Assembly: GCA_963729715.1 (NCBI GenBank)
Contig: CAVSPA010000004.1
Span: 512,001-576,000, forward strand
Source of the DNA: an uncultured delta proteobacterium
GTDB lineage: Bacteria > Desulfobacterota > Syntrophia > Syntrophales > UBA2185
Length of the DNA stretch: 64,000 bases
Direction of reading: 5' to 3'
Shown here: positions 39,322-48,432 of the stretch, one piece after another
Numbering within the stretch: the first letter of the stretch is position 1
How the letters are laid out: each line of letters starts with the position of its first letter
Program-made: the position numbers and the translations under genes
The notes under the pieces: model-generated
Told to the model about the DNA's origin: nothing
Database searches by the model: none
Seen by the model: the letters and a program-made list of their open reading frames with translations, nothing else

Positions 39322-39831
39322 TTATGCCTCGTGCAACATGATGCTCAGGGCTGTCGTAAGCTTTACTGTGTCTTCGTCTGCTCTTCTCAATCTCGCACTC
39401 ACAATCCGCCCTAGATTCAACAGGATGCGATAACCAAGTTCATGGTCCTCTTCAGCAACCTTCAAGAAGTCATCCTTCCTCATTTCATACATGACGCAAT
39501 CCGTAACTGCACGTACCGAGGCGGTTCTTCTCAGTTCCTCAAGGAGCGCCATCTCCCCAAAGACGGCGCGCTGTTTGCCGTCCAGTCTCGTAAACACCTT
39601 GTTCTTCCCTGACTCCTCATCGTCTGCGTCCTCTATGACAAGACTCTTTACGATCTCTACGGTACCCTCCAGAATAATATACATCGTGTCTCCGATTTCG
39701 CCCTCTCTCATGATGATCTCATCGGCCGAAAAGGTAACCTTACGCAGGATACCCGCAATTCTTTGGATTTTTTCCGGAGCCAGGTTTTTAAAGAGGGCAA
39801 TATCCTTCAATGCAGCAATATCCTTATCCAT
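39322..39831 (-). CDS. Cyclic-nucleotide-binding domain protein (no HTH)
   Basis: EGEIGDTMYII.EG.V, FGEMALL..RTASVRA motifs. Confidence 0.9.
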   Translation of the reverse strand: MDKDIAALKDIALFKNLAPEKIQRIAGILRKVTFSADEIIMREGEIGDTMYIILEGTVEIVKSLVIEDADDEESGKNKVFTRLDGKQRAVFGEMALLEELRRTASVRAVTDCVMYEMRKDDFLKVAEEDHELGYRILLNLGRIVSARLRRADEDTVKLTTALSIMLHEA

Positions 39832-39939
39832 CAGTTATCCCCCAAAGCACAGCCTCTAACTTTTTTGCAGCATTCACTAAATTCCAGAAACTATCGGGAC
39901 TTTCCATATGAGACGCATAAAAGATCCTTTCTCATCACT

Positions 39940-41109
39940 TCATCTGACCGGCATTACCCTTGAAAGTATCACGGCAAATTGTCCGTCTTTTATGATATAT
40001 CCATCGTCAGGATTTAAGATATATTGCGTCTCCTCCTTTTTATAAAAAAAATCTTTTTTTGATTCCTTTATTTTATCCTTAATAAAGGTATCAATAATGG
40101 ATGTATCATCCGATAAAATATCCGCCAGCTTCATTGCCTTCTTTTCCGTCAAGAGGCCTATCAGGATAGCGTGCTGCTTTTCCCTGTAAAATGACGATAA
40201 TTCTTTAAATGTGTTGCCGACAAAACTTCGGGGAATTTCTGCTCTCCATAATTTGTTGGTGTCGCCTATAGACAGCATGCTCGAAAATATTTTAGGGAGA
40301 CCCGGGGAATTAATCGCACTGGCGAGCAGCGAACCTACATGTTCACCCCTGATAACGATTTCATCAACATTTGCCCGTTTTAAATGCTGCTTGTTTTCAC
40401 CGTCAAGAAGCTCGGCAACAGTCTTAACGTTGGGTGCTATAGACTTGATTGTCAAGGCGGCAAGGGTTGTTCTTTCATCAATCCGCTCATGCGGATGGCT
40501 TCCCGATGTGTCTGCCATAATTAAGGCAAAGGCAGCCTTCGTTATATTAGCCCTGGAAAGGACATCTTCATGGACGTAATTACCCCTGAGAAATTTAAGG
40601 TTGTATTTGTCATACTTGAGCTTGAGGGAATCGACATCGTCAACCGGAAGTTCATTTATTAGGATGATTGGCGTGTCTTCCATGGAGCGGTACGTCGTCA
40701 GCACCTGGAGAACTTCTTCCGTATGCTGATTCCAGCCGCATAGAACAATGTGGTCTTTCTCCTTGACAGTTTCCAAACCTTTTCCCTCCTTAATCTTCCG
40801 TTCGACAAATATGGAGGCGATGGTTGCCGTGAAAAGAGACATCAATCCCACACCTGCAAAGATGAGTATCAACCCGACCGCTCTTCCACCCGCCGTTATG
40901 GGATATATGTCACCATAACCGACAGTGCCCATGGTTACCACAGCCCACCAAATTCCATCCCACAAAGACCGAATGGTGGATTCTTCCCCGGTACGTTCAA
41001 AATAATAAACGCTGGTTGCGCTGATAAAGATAACACTCAGGATGACAGTGGCGATCTGAACAAAGCGCTCCCTGTATAATCTTTTCATGAACTTTAAGAC
41101 CATCGCCAT
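39940..41109 (-). CDS. Potassium channel, 2TM pore plus RCK/TrkA-N
   Basis: WWAVVTMGTVGYGD selectivity filter; HIVLCGW RCK domain. Confidence 0.92.
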   Translation of the reverse strand: MAMVLKFMKRLYRERFVQIATVILSVIFISATSVYYFERTGEESTIRSLWDGIWWAVVTMGTVGYGDIYPITAGGRAVGLILIFAGVGLMSLFTATIASIFVERKIKEGKGLETVKEKDHIVLCGWNQHTEEVLQVLTTYRSMEDTPIILINELPVDDVDSLKLKYDKYNLKFLRGNYVHEDVLSRANITKAAFALIMADTSGSHPHERIDERTTLAALTIKSIAPNVKTVAELLDGENKQHLKRANVDEIVIRGEHVGSLLASAINSPGLPKIFSSMLSIGDTNKLWRAEIPRSFVGNTFKELSSFYREKQHAILIGLLTEKKAMKLADILSDDTSIIDTFIKDKIKESKKDFFYKKEETQYILNPDDGYIIKDGQFAVILSRVMPVR

Positions 41110-41197
41110 ATTTTGCTCAGATAACTACGATGCACCCGGTCAGCTTCGTTTGCTCTCGGTATGCAATAGTCGACGATTTCATCCATGGATAATTAAA

Positions 41198-43231
41198 TCA
41201 ACTCTTCCCGTATTCCAAGAAGCGCATGGAGAAAGTGGCCCTGCCTTGAGTTGCAGAACGCAAGTCCGTCGAATATCCAAACATTTCCTTCAGGGGAACT
41301 TTGCTCCTGATCTCGCTTATCGTCCCCTTTGGCGTGATTGCTTGAATTTCCCCGCCTCTTGCATTTATGTCTCCAATAACGTCACCCATAAATTCTGCCG
41401 GCACGATGACATCCACCATCATGATCGGCTCAAGCAGTATTGGATCAGCCTGCAAACAACCATTTCTGACTGCAGATGATGCGGCAATCTTATAGCCAAG
41501 CGTCGTAGATTCCCCTTCCCTGTACGATCCTCCAGTTATAGTTACCCTGATATCAACGATAGGGTAACCACTGATTGCGCCGCTGAGAGTCGCCTCTTCA
41601 ATACCCTCGTGTACGGCAGGATAAAATTCTTCCGGTATTGCGGATTCGCCGGTCTGCCCGACAATCTCGTTACTCTCTCCCCTGCTTCTCGGTTCAAGCA
41701 ATAGCCGAACATGACCGAAATGTTTTCTTTCGCCAAGTTCTTTTTCAAAGAGTCCGTCGATTTCTATTTTCTTTTGAATTGTTTCCCGATAGACAACCCT
41801 CGGCTTACCGACATTTACATAGGCGTTAAAATCTCTCTTTAACCTATCGATGACGATTTCCAGATGAAGTTCTCCCATGCCCGAAATTACGGTTTGAGCG
41901 GTCTCATCGTTATACTTCACATCAATTGTGGGATCTTCTTCTATGAGCTTGGCCAGCGCGACGGTAAGCTTCTCCTGATCAGCCGGCGTCTTGGCCTCTA
42001 TGGCCTGGCTTATGACGGGTCTATAAAACTCAATAGGTTCGAGAAGAATAGGACGGGACTCATCGCAGATCGTATTTCCCGTCGTCGCATCTTTGAGACC
42101 CAGAACGGCAACGATATCTCCGGCGCCGCACCTTTCGATTCTTTCCCGTTTATTGGCATGCATCTTCAATAGTCGCGCAATCTTTTCCTTTCTCCCGAGG
42201 CTTACATTATATACGGCATCGCCCACCTTTAGACGGCCCGAATAAACCCTAAGATAAGTCAACTTTCTGCCTTCATCCTGCCTGATCTTGAACGCCAAGG
42301 CAGCAAGGGGTTCATCCTCGCGGCTGTATCGCACCTCTTCCATTTTCGTCACAGGATTGAAACCCCTAACCGGCGGAATATCATCCGGTGAGGGAAGAAA
42401 ATGAACGATAGAATCAAGTATCGGCTGAATGCCCTTATTCCTCAAGGCAGAGCCGCACATAACGGGAACAGCTTTTAGAGAGATAGTTGCCTGCCTGATG
42501 GCTCTTATCATCTCTTTTTCCGAAACACCTGTTCCTTCCAGATATTTCTCCGCTATATAATCGTCCATCTCGGCGAGTGATTCAATCAGTTTCTCACGAT
42601 GCTCTTTGACCTGCGGAAAAACGTCAGATGGTATATCTGACACCGAATAAGACGACCCGAGTGTACTATCATCCCAGATAACTGCCTTCTGTTTGATCAA
42701 GTCTATGATGCCCCTAAACTGATCTTCCTCACCGAGCGGTATCTGTATCGGCAGCGGCACCGAATTAAACCTTTCGCCCATCGTCTTGATGGTACCGAAA
42801 TAATCTGCACCGACCCTGTCCATCTTATTGATAAAAGCTATTTTGGGGACGCCATATTTATCGGCCTGGTGCCAGACTGTTTCTGATTGTGGTTCAACAC
42901 CGCCAACAGCGCAAAACACGACTAATGTTCCATCTAGAACTCTCAGGCACCGTTCAACCTCCATGGTAAAATCCACATGACCCGGAGTATCTATTATCTG
43001 GATATCATGATTCTCCCAGGTGCAGGCTGTAACCGCGGAAGTAATCGTTATTCCTCTCTCCTGCTCTTGCGGCATCCAGTCCATTGCGGCTTCGCCGTCA
43101 TGAACCTCTCCCATCTTGTATAATATTCCCGTGTAGAAGAGTATTCTTTCGGTGACAGTGGTCTTGCCTGCATCTATATGGGCCACCACACCGATATTTC
43201 TTGTTCTTGAAAGTTTCTTTTTTGAAGCCAT
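41198..43231 (-). CDS. fusA: Elongation factor G (paralogue outside the str operon)
   Basis: AHIDAGKTT, RGITI, DTPGHVDF, NKMD, GMGELHLEI and MFGYSTDLRS motifs. Confidence 0.93.
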   Translation of the reverse strand: MASKKKLSRTRNIGVVAHIDAGKTTVTERILFYTGILYKMGEVHDGEAAMDWMPQEQERGITITSAVTACTWENHDIQIIDTPGHVDFTMEVERCLRVLDGTLVVFCAVGGVEPQSETVWHQADKYGVPKIAFINKMDRVGADYFGTIKTMGERFNSVPLPIQIPLGEEDQFRGIIDLIKQKAVIWDDSTLGSSYSVSDIPSDVFPQVKEHREKLIESLAEMDDYIAEKYLEGTGVSEKEMIRAIRQATISLKAVPVMCGSALRNKGIQPILDSIVHFLPSPDDIPPVRGFNPVTKMEEVRYSREDEPLAALAFKIRQDEGRKLTYLRVYSGRLKVGDAVYNVSLGRKEKIARLLKMHANKRERIERCGAGDIVAVLGLKDATTGNTICDESRPILLEPIEFYRPVISQAIEAKTPADQEKLTVALAKLIEEDPTIDVKYNDETAQTVISGMGELHLEIVIDRLKRDFNAYVNVGKPRVVYRETIQKKIEIDGLFEKELGERKHFGHVRLLLEPRSRGESNEIVGQTGESAIPEEFYPAVHEGIEEATLSGAISGYPIVDIRVTITGGSYREGESTTLGYKIAASSAVRNGCLQADPILLEPIMMVDVIVPAEFMGDVIGDINARGGEIQAITPKGTISEIRSKVPLKEMFGYSTDLRSATQGRATFSMRFLEYGKS

Positions 43232-43266
43232 GGGCCAACCCGAGAGTGAATCCCTCTATCCCTGCA

Positions 43267-43884
43267 TTACCCTTCTTTTGCACCCGGCGCCAACATGTCC
43301 TTATTGATGGTAAACGGCTGCCTCGTATCGATATGCCCCTTGATAGACTCCACGTCCTTCCCGTCTATCAATAACTTCACCCTCTTAATGCCACTGATAT
43401 TGCGTATCAGGGTATTGGTAAGCGAATATATTGTCGCCATTTCGCTGGCACTGCCGCCCGGATGTAGTTTGACAAGATTCTTGTCAAAGCTGACATAAGC
43501 GGTTTGTTTATCGTCTATTCTGACATTGTCGAGCGCCACACCTTCCGGGAAGGTCCTTACAAGCTTTGTCTTAGAACCCTCGAGCAAAGCCTTTACCAAT
43601 TCCCCGGCCCTGGCTTGGTCATTCTCTTCCTTGGGAATATACCTCTTTTCCGGAACTAAAAATCGCTCATTCGCATCGGAAAAATACAACACAACCTCCT
43701 GTTTTTCCTTCTTCGCGGCAGCATCCTTGGTTGTTGGGAACACATATTCGAAAGTTATTACAAAGAAAAGTATGAGACACGCTACAACGGTAGTAATAAT
43801 CAAAAAAAGAATAGACTTCTTCATGCGCTTCTTCTTTTTCTTTACCTTTATCTCATCCGTTCTTCTCTTTTTCTTTGTGGCCAT
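43267..43884 (-). CDS. GerMN-domain protein
   Basis: Basic N-terminus plus TM; LYFSD..LVPEKR, ALLEG, TIYSLTNTL and V.LLIDG motifs. Confidence 0.88.
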   Translation of the reverse strand: MATKKKRRTDEIKVKKKKKRMKKSILFLIITTVVACLILFFVITFEYVFPTTKDAAAKKEKQEVVLYFSDANERFLVPEKRYIPKEENDQARAGELVKALLEGSKTKLVRTFPEGVALDNVRIDDKQTAYVSFDKNLVKLHPGGSASEMATIYSLTNTLIRNISGIKRVKLLIDGKDVESIKGHIDTRQPFTINKDMLAPGAKEG

Positions 43885-44284
43885 GTTTAATTGTTCTCCT
43901 CAATTACTAAAAGCGGCGATAATGTAGGGTATTTTTGCACTACTGTCAAGCAGAGAACAGAATCCAACCATCGTTGTCAAGGCGAAGAGAGGCTTCAGAA
44001 ATGTAAATTCCACGCCTCATGAAAACCCATTGTCGAGCCCCAGTCTGACAGCTTGCAACAATTCCCTGTCGTGGGACCTTGTCCGACGGACAGACCTCTC
44101 CGTTCATTGCGACGCTACTTTATCTCTGAGGGGAATGCTGACTTGGTAATATTCTGACGAGTGTGCATCCTACAATCATACGGAGTTCCTGATCCGCTTC
44201 GTTGCAAGATTACGCCCGCCACAATAATATACCATATAGGCGCCCGCCTTCAACCAGAGGTTGCACAGAAGGCGGCATGCTGCT

Positions 44285-44335
44285 TTGAAGCTCTCCGCAG
44301 TGATGTAGCAGGAGTGCGGTAGCCACCGAATTCAA
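44285..44335. repeat. Short copy of a palindromic element related to 45305-45421
   Basis: Shares the TTGAAGCTCTCCG start and ACCGAATTCA end with the element at 45305. Confidence 0.5.
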
Positions 44336-44414
44336 GTAGATCGTGGAAAAATTAGATTATCCGGATTTGTTCCCGGACGGCGTTCAAGGAGAAATATGGA
44401 GGAGGTCGCCATTC

Positions 44415-44999
44415 CTATTCATTATCGGTGCTGCAACCATTCACCCACCAATCGCTCTTGTCTTTGAACCACCACTCGGAGGAATCCGTTCTAATAATGC
44501 TGAGAGCCAATTTTTTTGCAGTTTCAGTATGAAGTCGCCTTCTCGCAAATTCAATCCAGTCGTCAGTGTATTTATTGCCCAGATCGCCATATTCCTTCAA
44601 TTGGAGAATAAGCGCAAGCTGATCGGCATCGTGGGCAATGAGAGCCTCTCTTGTCTTCTTCTCGTTAAATTCGTCGATGACGGACTTAATTTCATCGCCG
44701 AAAAACACTGTTTGCGTCAGTTCTCGTACGGCCCTTTCCTCGTGCACCGTGACATATTTCTTGTACATATAGTTCATATCACCGGTCCTGGCTTCCGGAA
44801 GGTCATGGGCAAGGCATATCTTCAGTACCTTCAATTCGTCCAGGTCAGGTTCAAGCTTACTCAAGGCATAGCCGATAAATATCGTTCGCAGAATATGTTC
44901 AGCCACCGATTCGCAGCCAGAGCCCAAGAACCTAAAGCCCGTTCTCGGGGTCTTCTTCAACATGCCCACCTCAAATAAAAAATTCGCAACGCTGTCCAT
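44415..44999 (-). CDS. HD-domain hydrolase (YfbR/HDDC2-like)
   Basis: LKKTPRTG, ESVAEH, HDLPEARTGD and HDAD motifs. Confidence 0.9.
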   Translation of the reverse strand: MDSVANFLFEVGMLKKTPRTGFRFLGSGCESVAEHILRTIFIGYALSKLEPDLDELKVLKICLAHDLPEARTGDMNYMYKKYVTVHEERAVRELTQTVFFGDEIKSVIDEFNEKKTREALIAHDADQLALILQLKEYGDLGNKYTDDWIEFARRRLHTETAKKLALSIIRTDSSEWWFKDKSDWWVNGCSTDNE

Positions 45000-45000
45000 A

Positions 45001-45219
45001 TTATTCCTTTTTCATCGTTTTTATTCGATTGTCCATCATATCCGAGACTCTCTTTATCTGCGACTGGAGTGATGCAATACCGTCCGGCTTCATGGACAGC
45101 AATTTATCAATCTGCGTCTTCCAGTATTCCAATACCGAGATTTCGTTTTCCTTCAATTTTTTATCAAACCGAGCCTGGAGCTCTTTAACAAAAGCCGGAT
45201 TATTTTCCATATTAGTCAT
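45001..45219 (-). CDS. Hypothetical small helical protein
   Basis: GAGGA RBS; stop codon lies 1 nt before the HD gene start. Confidence 0.7.
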   Translation of the reverse strand: MTNMENNPAFVKELQARFDKKLKENEISVLEYWKTQIDKLLSMKPDGIASLQSQIKRVSDMMDNRIKTMKKE

Positions 45220-45304
45220 TTGTTATCCTCAATCGACAATTCTGATCATCTTTTCATTAATTGTGACTATTATATCATAAAGCTTGTTCTTGCAACCATT
45301 GATA

Positions 45305-45421
45305 TTGAAGCTCTCCGACGCAAGCTGCGGAGAATCCTCGATTCTTAAGGAACAGTGTCGTTCGTCATTCGCTTGCTTACCCCGCAGCAGGTGAAGGTGT
45401 TTGCTCTCGCTACCGAATTCA
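45305..45421. repeat. Degenerate palindromic MITE/REP-like element
   Basis: TTGAA...TTCAG termini; two related hairpin units (CTCCGACGCAAGCTGCGGAG and CCCCGCAGCAGG..). Confidence 0.5.
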
Positions 45422-45607
45422 GTAAACTACCACCGACCTTGTCGGTGGCCTTCAAAATGCGGCAAGCCTACGGACAATGTCCTTCGCCTTGCCTGATAAG
45501 GATTGAAACGATTACTCTAAAACATTCCTCACCAACATTGTTGGTTCACTGAAGGTGTGGGGCCTCCGCCCCCACACCCCACCACTGACAATGTCAGTGG
45601 TTTTGAC
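45422..45607 (-). mobile_element. Non-autonomous IS200/IS605-like element (PATE-like)
   Basis: Two related subterminal hairpins, CCACCGAC-CTT-GTCGGTGG and ACCACTGACA-A-TGTCAGTGGT; minus-strand end ...GGTGGTAGTTTAC resembles IS605-group right ends; no transposase ORF. Confidence 0.55.
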
Positions 45608-45793
45608 AGATAAATAAAGGCAGTTCGAAAATCTTTGAAGCTCATAATCACGGCATTGAATGAACCTAATGATATTGAGATTTTACTTTGCACACCGATA
45701 ATAATTATGCTAATAACACATCTAATTAGTTAGGTTTGCGAGAACTGCTTTTTACATTGTAGAGCGGTGCAATATTTTTAATGAGGTATAGTT

Positions 45794-47452
45794 ATGGGCT
45801 ATCTCCGTCTGAGATTTTTCTATCTCATTCTTCTTTCCTTGACCTTTTTTACCGTGACACTGCACGACTCTTTCGCCGAAGAGGATACGGCCCATCTTTC
45901 CTTTGAAAAGACGGCAACACTAGGTGCAAAGACACGCCCGTATGTAGTCAAGGAAGGGGAGTGGCTGTTTCAAATCATGAGAGCCCAGGCGGGAGTGACC
46001 GCACACAGACTCACAATGATAAAAAAACTAAACCCGGAAATAAAAGATCTAAACAAAATCAAACCCGGCCAGGTCGTTATACTCCCTGAAGTGGAACGGC
46101 GCGCTGTTCCAGAGGGAGAAGAGAACTCCGAGGCGATGAATTATACCATTCGAAAGGGCGATTCCATCAGCCGGATCGCCATGCGTGAGCTGAATGTGAA
46201 GATGCCGGAGCTTAGAAAGGTCGTAGAAGATATCAAACAGCTCAATCCGGATATCAGAAATTATGACAGGATATATCCCGGCCAGACTTTGCAGCTGCCC
46301 CGCAGAAGCATTGTCATTACCAAACAAGAGGTAAAAGCACAGGAAGCCGAATCATCCTTTAAGATTGTTAAAGATGAAGCAAAGGACAAACCCATCATAC
46401 TTCCACGGGCGCATCTTGATATCATAAAAGTTGTCGTCAATAGAATGAATGGAACGCTTATAACGCTCGGCAAATACTATATTCCCATTCCGGAGTTGGG
46501 GCAGGTGACGATCGACTGTTCTACCATACCTGTTGTTGAACTCGATGACGGAACTTCTATTTTTTTGGATTTCTCCAATCGCATACCTGACACGTTGAAA
46601 AATATGATCCAGTCCAGCTGGAAGAATTATCATTCGGTTGAGATAGCAGGCGGCGACGATACCGCTGCAATTCTCCAAAAGATTGTCAATGTCTCGAACA
46701 CGTATTCAATGACGAGAAGGACGACACCTTACACCATAGGTGCCGGCCCGCCGCTTCAGCTTTCACTCGACTGGATTATCATGAAGAAGACGAAAGATGG
46801 TAAACCTTACCTGCAGGGACTGTCATTTGTGTCAGATAATTCCCGACTGTTACCCCAGCCCATGACTCAATATGCCGAGAGAAACGGCTTGACTGTAACA
46901 GAAATAATGGATGGACAAGGTGTGGCGACCGCGCCGGACGATAAATATGCGTCGCCCCAAATATCAAATCTGAACGCCGGCACCAACAAGGAACTCGTCA
47001 ATTCCCTGCTCAACGTACTCGGATATCAGACAAGCAGGGATACTGAGGTCGGGATACTGGACGCCTCCGCAAGCGGTTTTTACCTCTCCACCAAGGCCGA
47101 TGTGCTCGCAAAAAAAGGGGATAAACAAGTAATCGTTCTCTCAAAAGAAATCCCTCAACAATTCATTGACGGTTTGAAAACCCGGGGTACGGAGACAATC
47201 ACTCTCGATGGCGGAGAGACAAAAAGAGTGGTTATCGAGAAAGCCCTGCAGGCCGCCAACATTCCCTTCACATTTGCCACCTTCTCCTTTTCCGTCCCTG
47301 AAAAGACCGATAAGCCGACAGGCACGGTCAGTTTCCCCGCCTTTAAAATAACACGGGACGGAGGGACCTTTTATCTGATCGATTTTGATATGGACCGTGA
47401 AATATATGGACTGCTCAACAATAAGTGGGGGGTGAATATAGTCAGATATTGA
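45794..47452 (+). CDS. Exported protein with two LysM domains
   Basis: Signal peptide; YVVKEGEWL..LNPEIKDLNKIKPGQ and YTIRKGDSI..LNPDIRNYDRIYPGQ. Confidence 0.88.
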   Translation: MGYLRLRFFYLILLSLTFFTVTLHDSFAEEDTAHLSFEKTATLGAKTRPYVVKEGEWLFQIMRAQAGVTAHRLTMIKKLNPEIKDLNKIKPGQVVILPEVERRAVPEGEENSEAMNYTIRKGDSISRIAMRELNVKMPELRKVVEDIKQLNPDIRNYDRIYPGQTLQLPRRSIVITKQEVKAQEAESSFKIVKDEAKDKPIILPRAHLDIIKVVVNRMNGTLITLGKYYIPIPELGQVTIDCSTIPVVELDDGTSIFLDFSNRIPDTLKNMIQSSWKNYHSVEIAGGDDTAAILQKIVNVSNTYSMTRRTTPYTIGAGPPLQLSLDWIIMKKTKDGKPYLQGLSFVSDNSRLLPQPMTQYAERNGLTVTEIMDGQGVATAPDDKYASPQISNLNAGTNKELVNSLLNVLGYQTSRDTEVGILDASASGFYLSTKADVLAKKGDKQVIVLSKEIPQQFIDGLKTRGTETITLDGGETKRVVIEKALQAANIPFTFATFSFSVPEKTDKPTGTVSFPAFKITRDGGTFYLIDFDMDREIYGLLNNKWGVNIVRY

Positions 47453-48429
47453 AAGCAAAAGGTATAGGTCTATTCTCAGGGGGGCTGGACAGCATCCTCG
47501 CAGCAAAAATCATCATGGCACTGGGTATTCAGGTTACGGGGGTCACGTGTACGACCCCCTTTTTTAGTCCCGAAAAGGCTAAGGCGGCCGCAAAAGAAAT
47601 CGGGATCCACCTTATTGAGGTGGACATCACGAAAGAACACCTGGATATGCTAAAGGCCCCAAAATATGGATACGGAAAAAATATGAATCCTTGCATCGAC
47701 TGCCACACCCTTATGCTTAAAATTGCCGGCAGGATGATGGAAGACAGGGAGGCCGATTTCATCTTTACAGGTGAGGTGCTGGGTCAGCGCCCCATGTCCC
47801 AGAATAGACAGTCTCTTTCTATCGTTGCGAAAAATTCAGGATATCAGGAGTATATCCTTAGACCCTTGAGTGCGCTGCTTCTCCCCGCAACAAGACCGGA
47901 AATCGAAGGCAAGGTAGACCGTCAAAGACTCCTCGCCATCAAAGGAAGAGGGAGGAAGGATCAGATTGAGATGGCAAGGCGCTACGGCGTTGACCATTAC
48001 TCAGCTCCTGCAGGGGGATGCCTGCTCACGGACCCCATGTTTTCCAGAAGACTTAGAGATCTCTTTCGGCACGGCCTGGATTTCGAGATAAGAGATATAG
48101 AGCTTCTCAAATATGGCAGGCACTTTCGCATCAATGAGTTTTCCAAAGCCATTGTGGGGCGAAACAGCGTTGAAAACGAGGCGCTCCAAAGACTATCTCA
48201 CGAGGAAGACATCGTTATCCATATGGAGCAATTTCCCGGACCGACCGTTATTGTTCCCTATGGAGGCGACAAAACGACCCTTCTTGCCGCCGCATCCCTT
48301 TGTGCCTCCTACAGCGACGCTCCCAAAGATGAGGAAGTTTCCGCCCTGTGTCGGAAAGGAGATTCCACAAGTCACGTTCAGGTGAAAGCTGGACTCAGGG
48401 AAGATATAGAGTGCTGGTTGATTAAATGA
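47449..48429 (+). CDS. ThiI/MnmA-like PP-loop tRNA-modifying protein (DUF814-type C-terminus)
   Basis: SGGLDS PP-loop, NPCIDC, TGEVLGQRPMSQ and PAGGCLLT; start placed at TTG overlapping the upstream stop. Confidence 0.85.
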   Translation: MKAKGIGLFSGGLDSILAAKIIMALGIQVTGVTCTTPFFSPEKAKAAAKEIGIHLIEVDITKEHLDMLKAPKYGYGKNMNPCIDCHTLMLKIAGRMMEDREADFIFTGEVLGQRPMSQNRQSLSIVAKNSGYQEYILRPLSALLLPATRPEIEGKVDRQRLLAIKGRGRKDQIEMARRYGVDHYSAPAGGCLLTDPMFSRRLRDLFRHGLDFEIRDIELLKYGRHFRINEFSKAIVGRNSVENEALQRLSHEEDIVIHMEQFPGPTVIVPYGGDKTTLLAAASLCASYSDAPKDEEVSALCRKGDSTSHVQVKAGLREDIECWLIK

Positions 48430-48432
48430 GAC

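Noticed and set aside
43930..44280. ncRNA (tmRNA, 6S, riboswitch) in the long intergenic gap
   Set aside because: I could not identify diagnostic termini or conserved motifs by eye; an Rfam search is needed.
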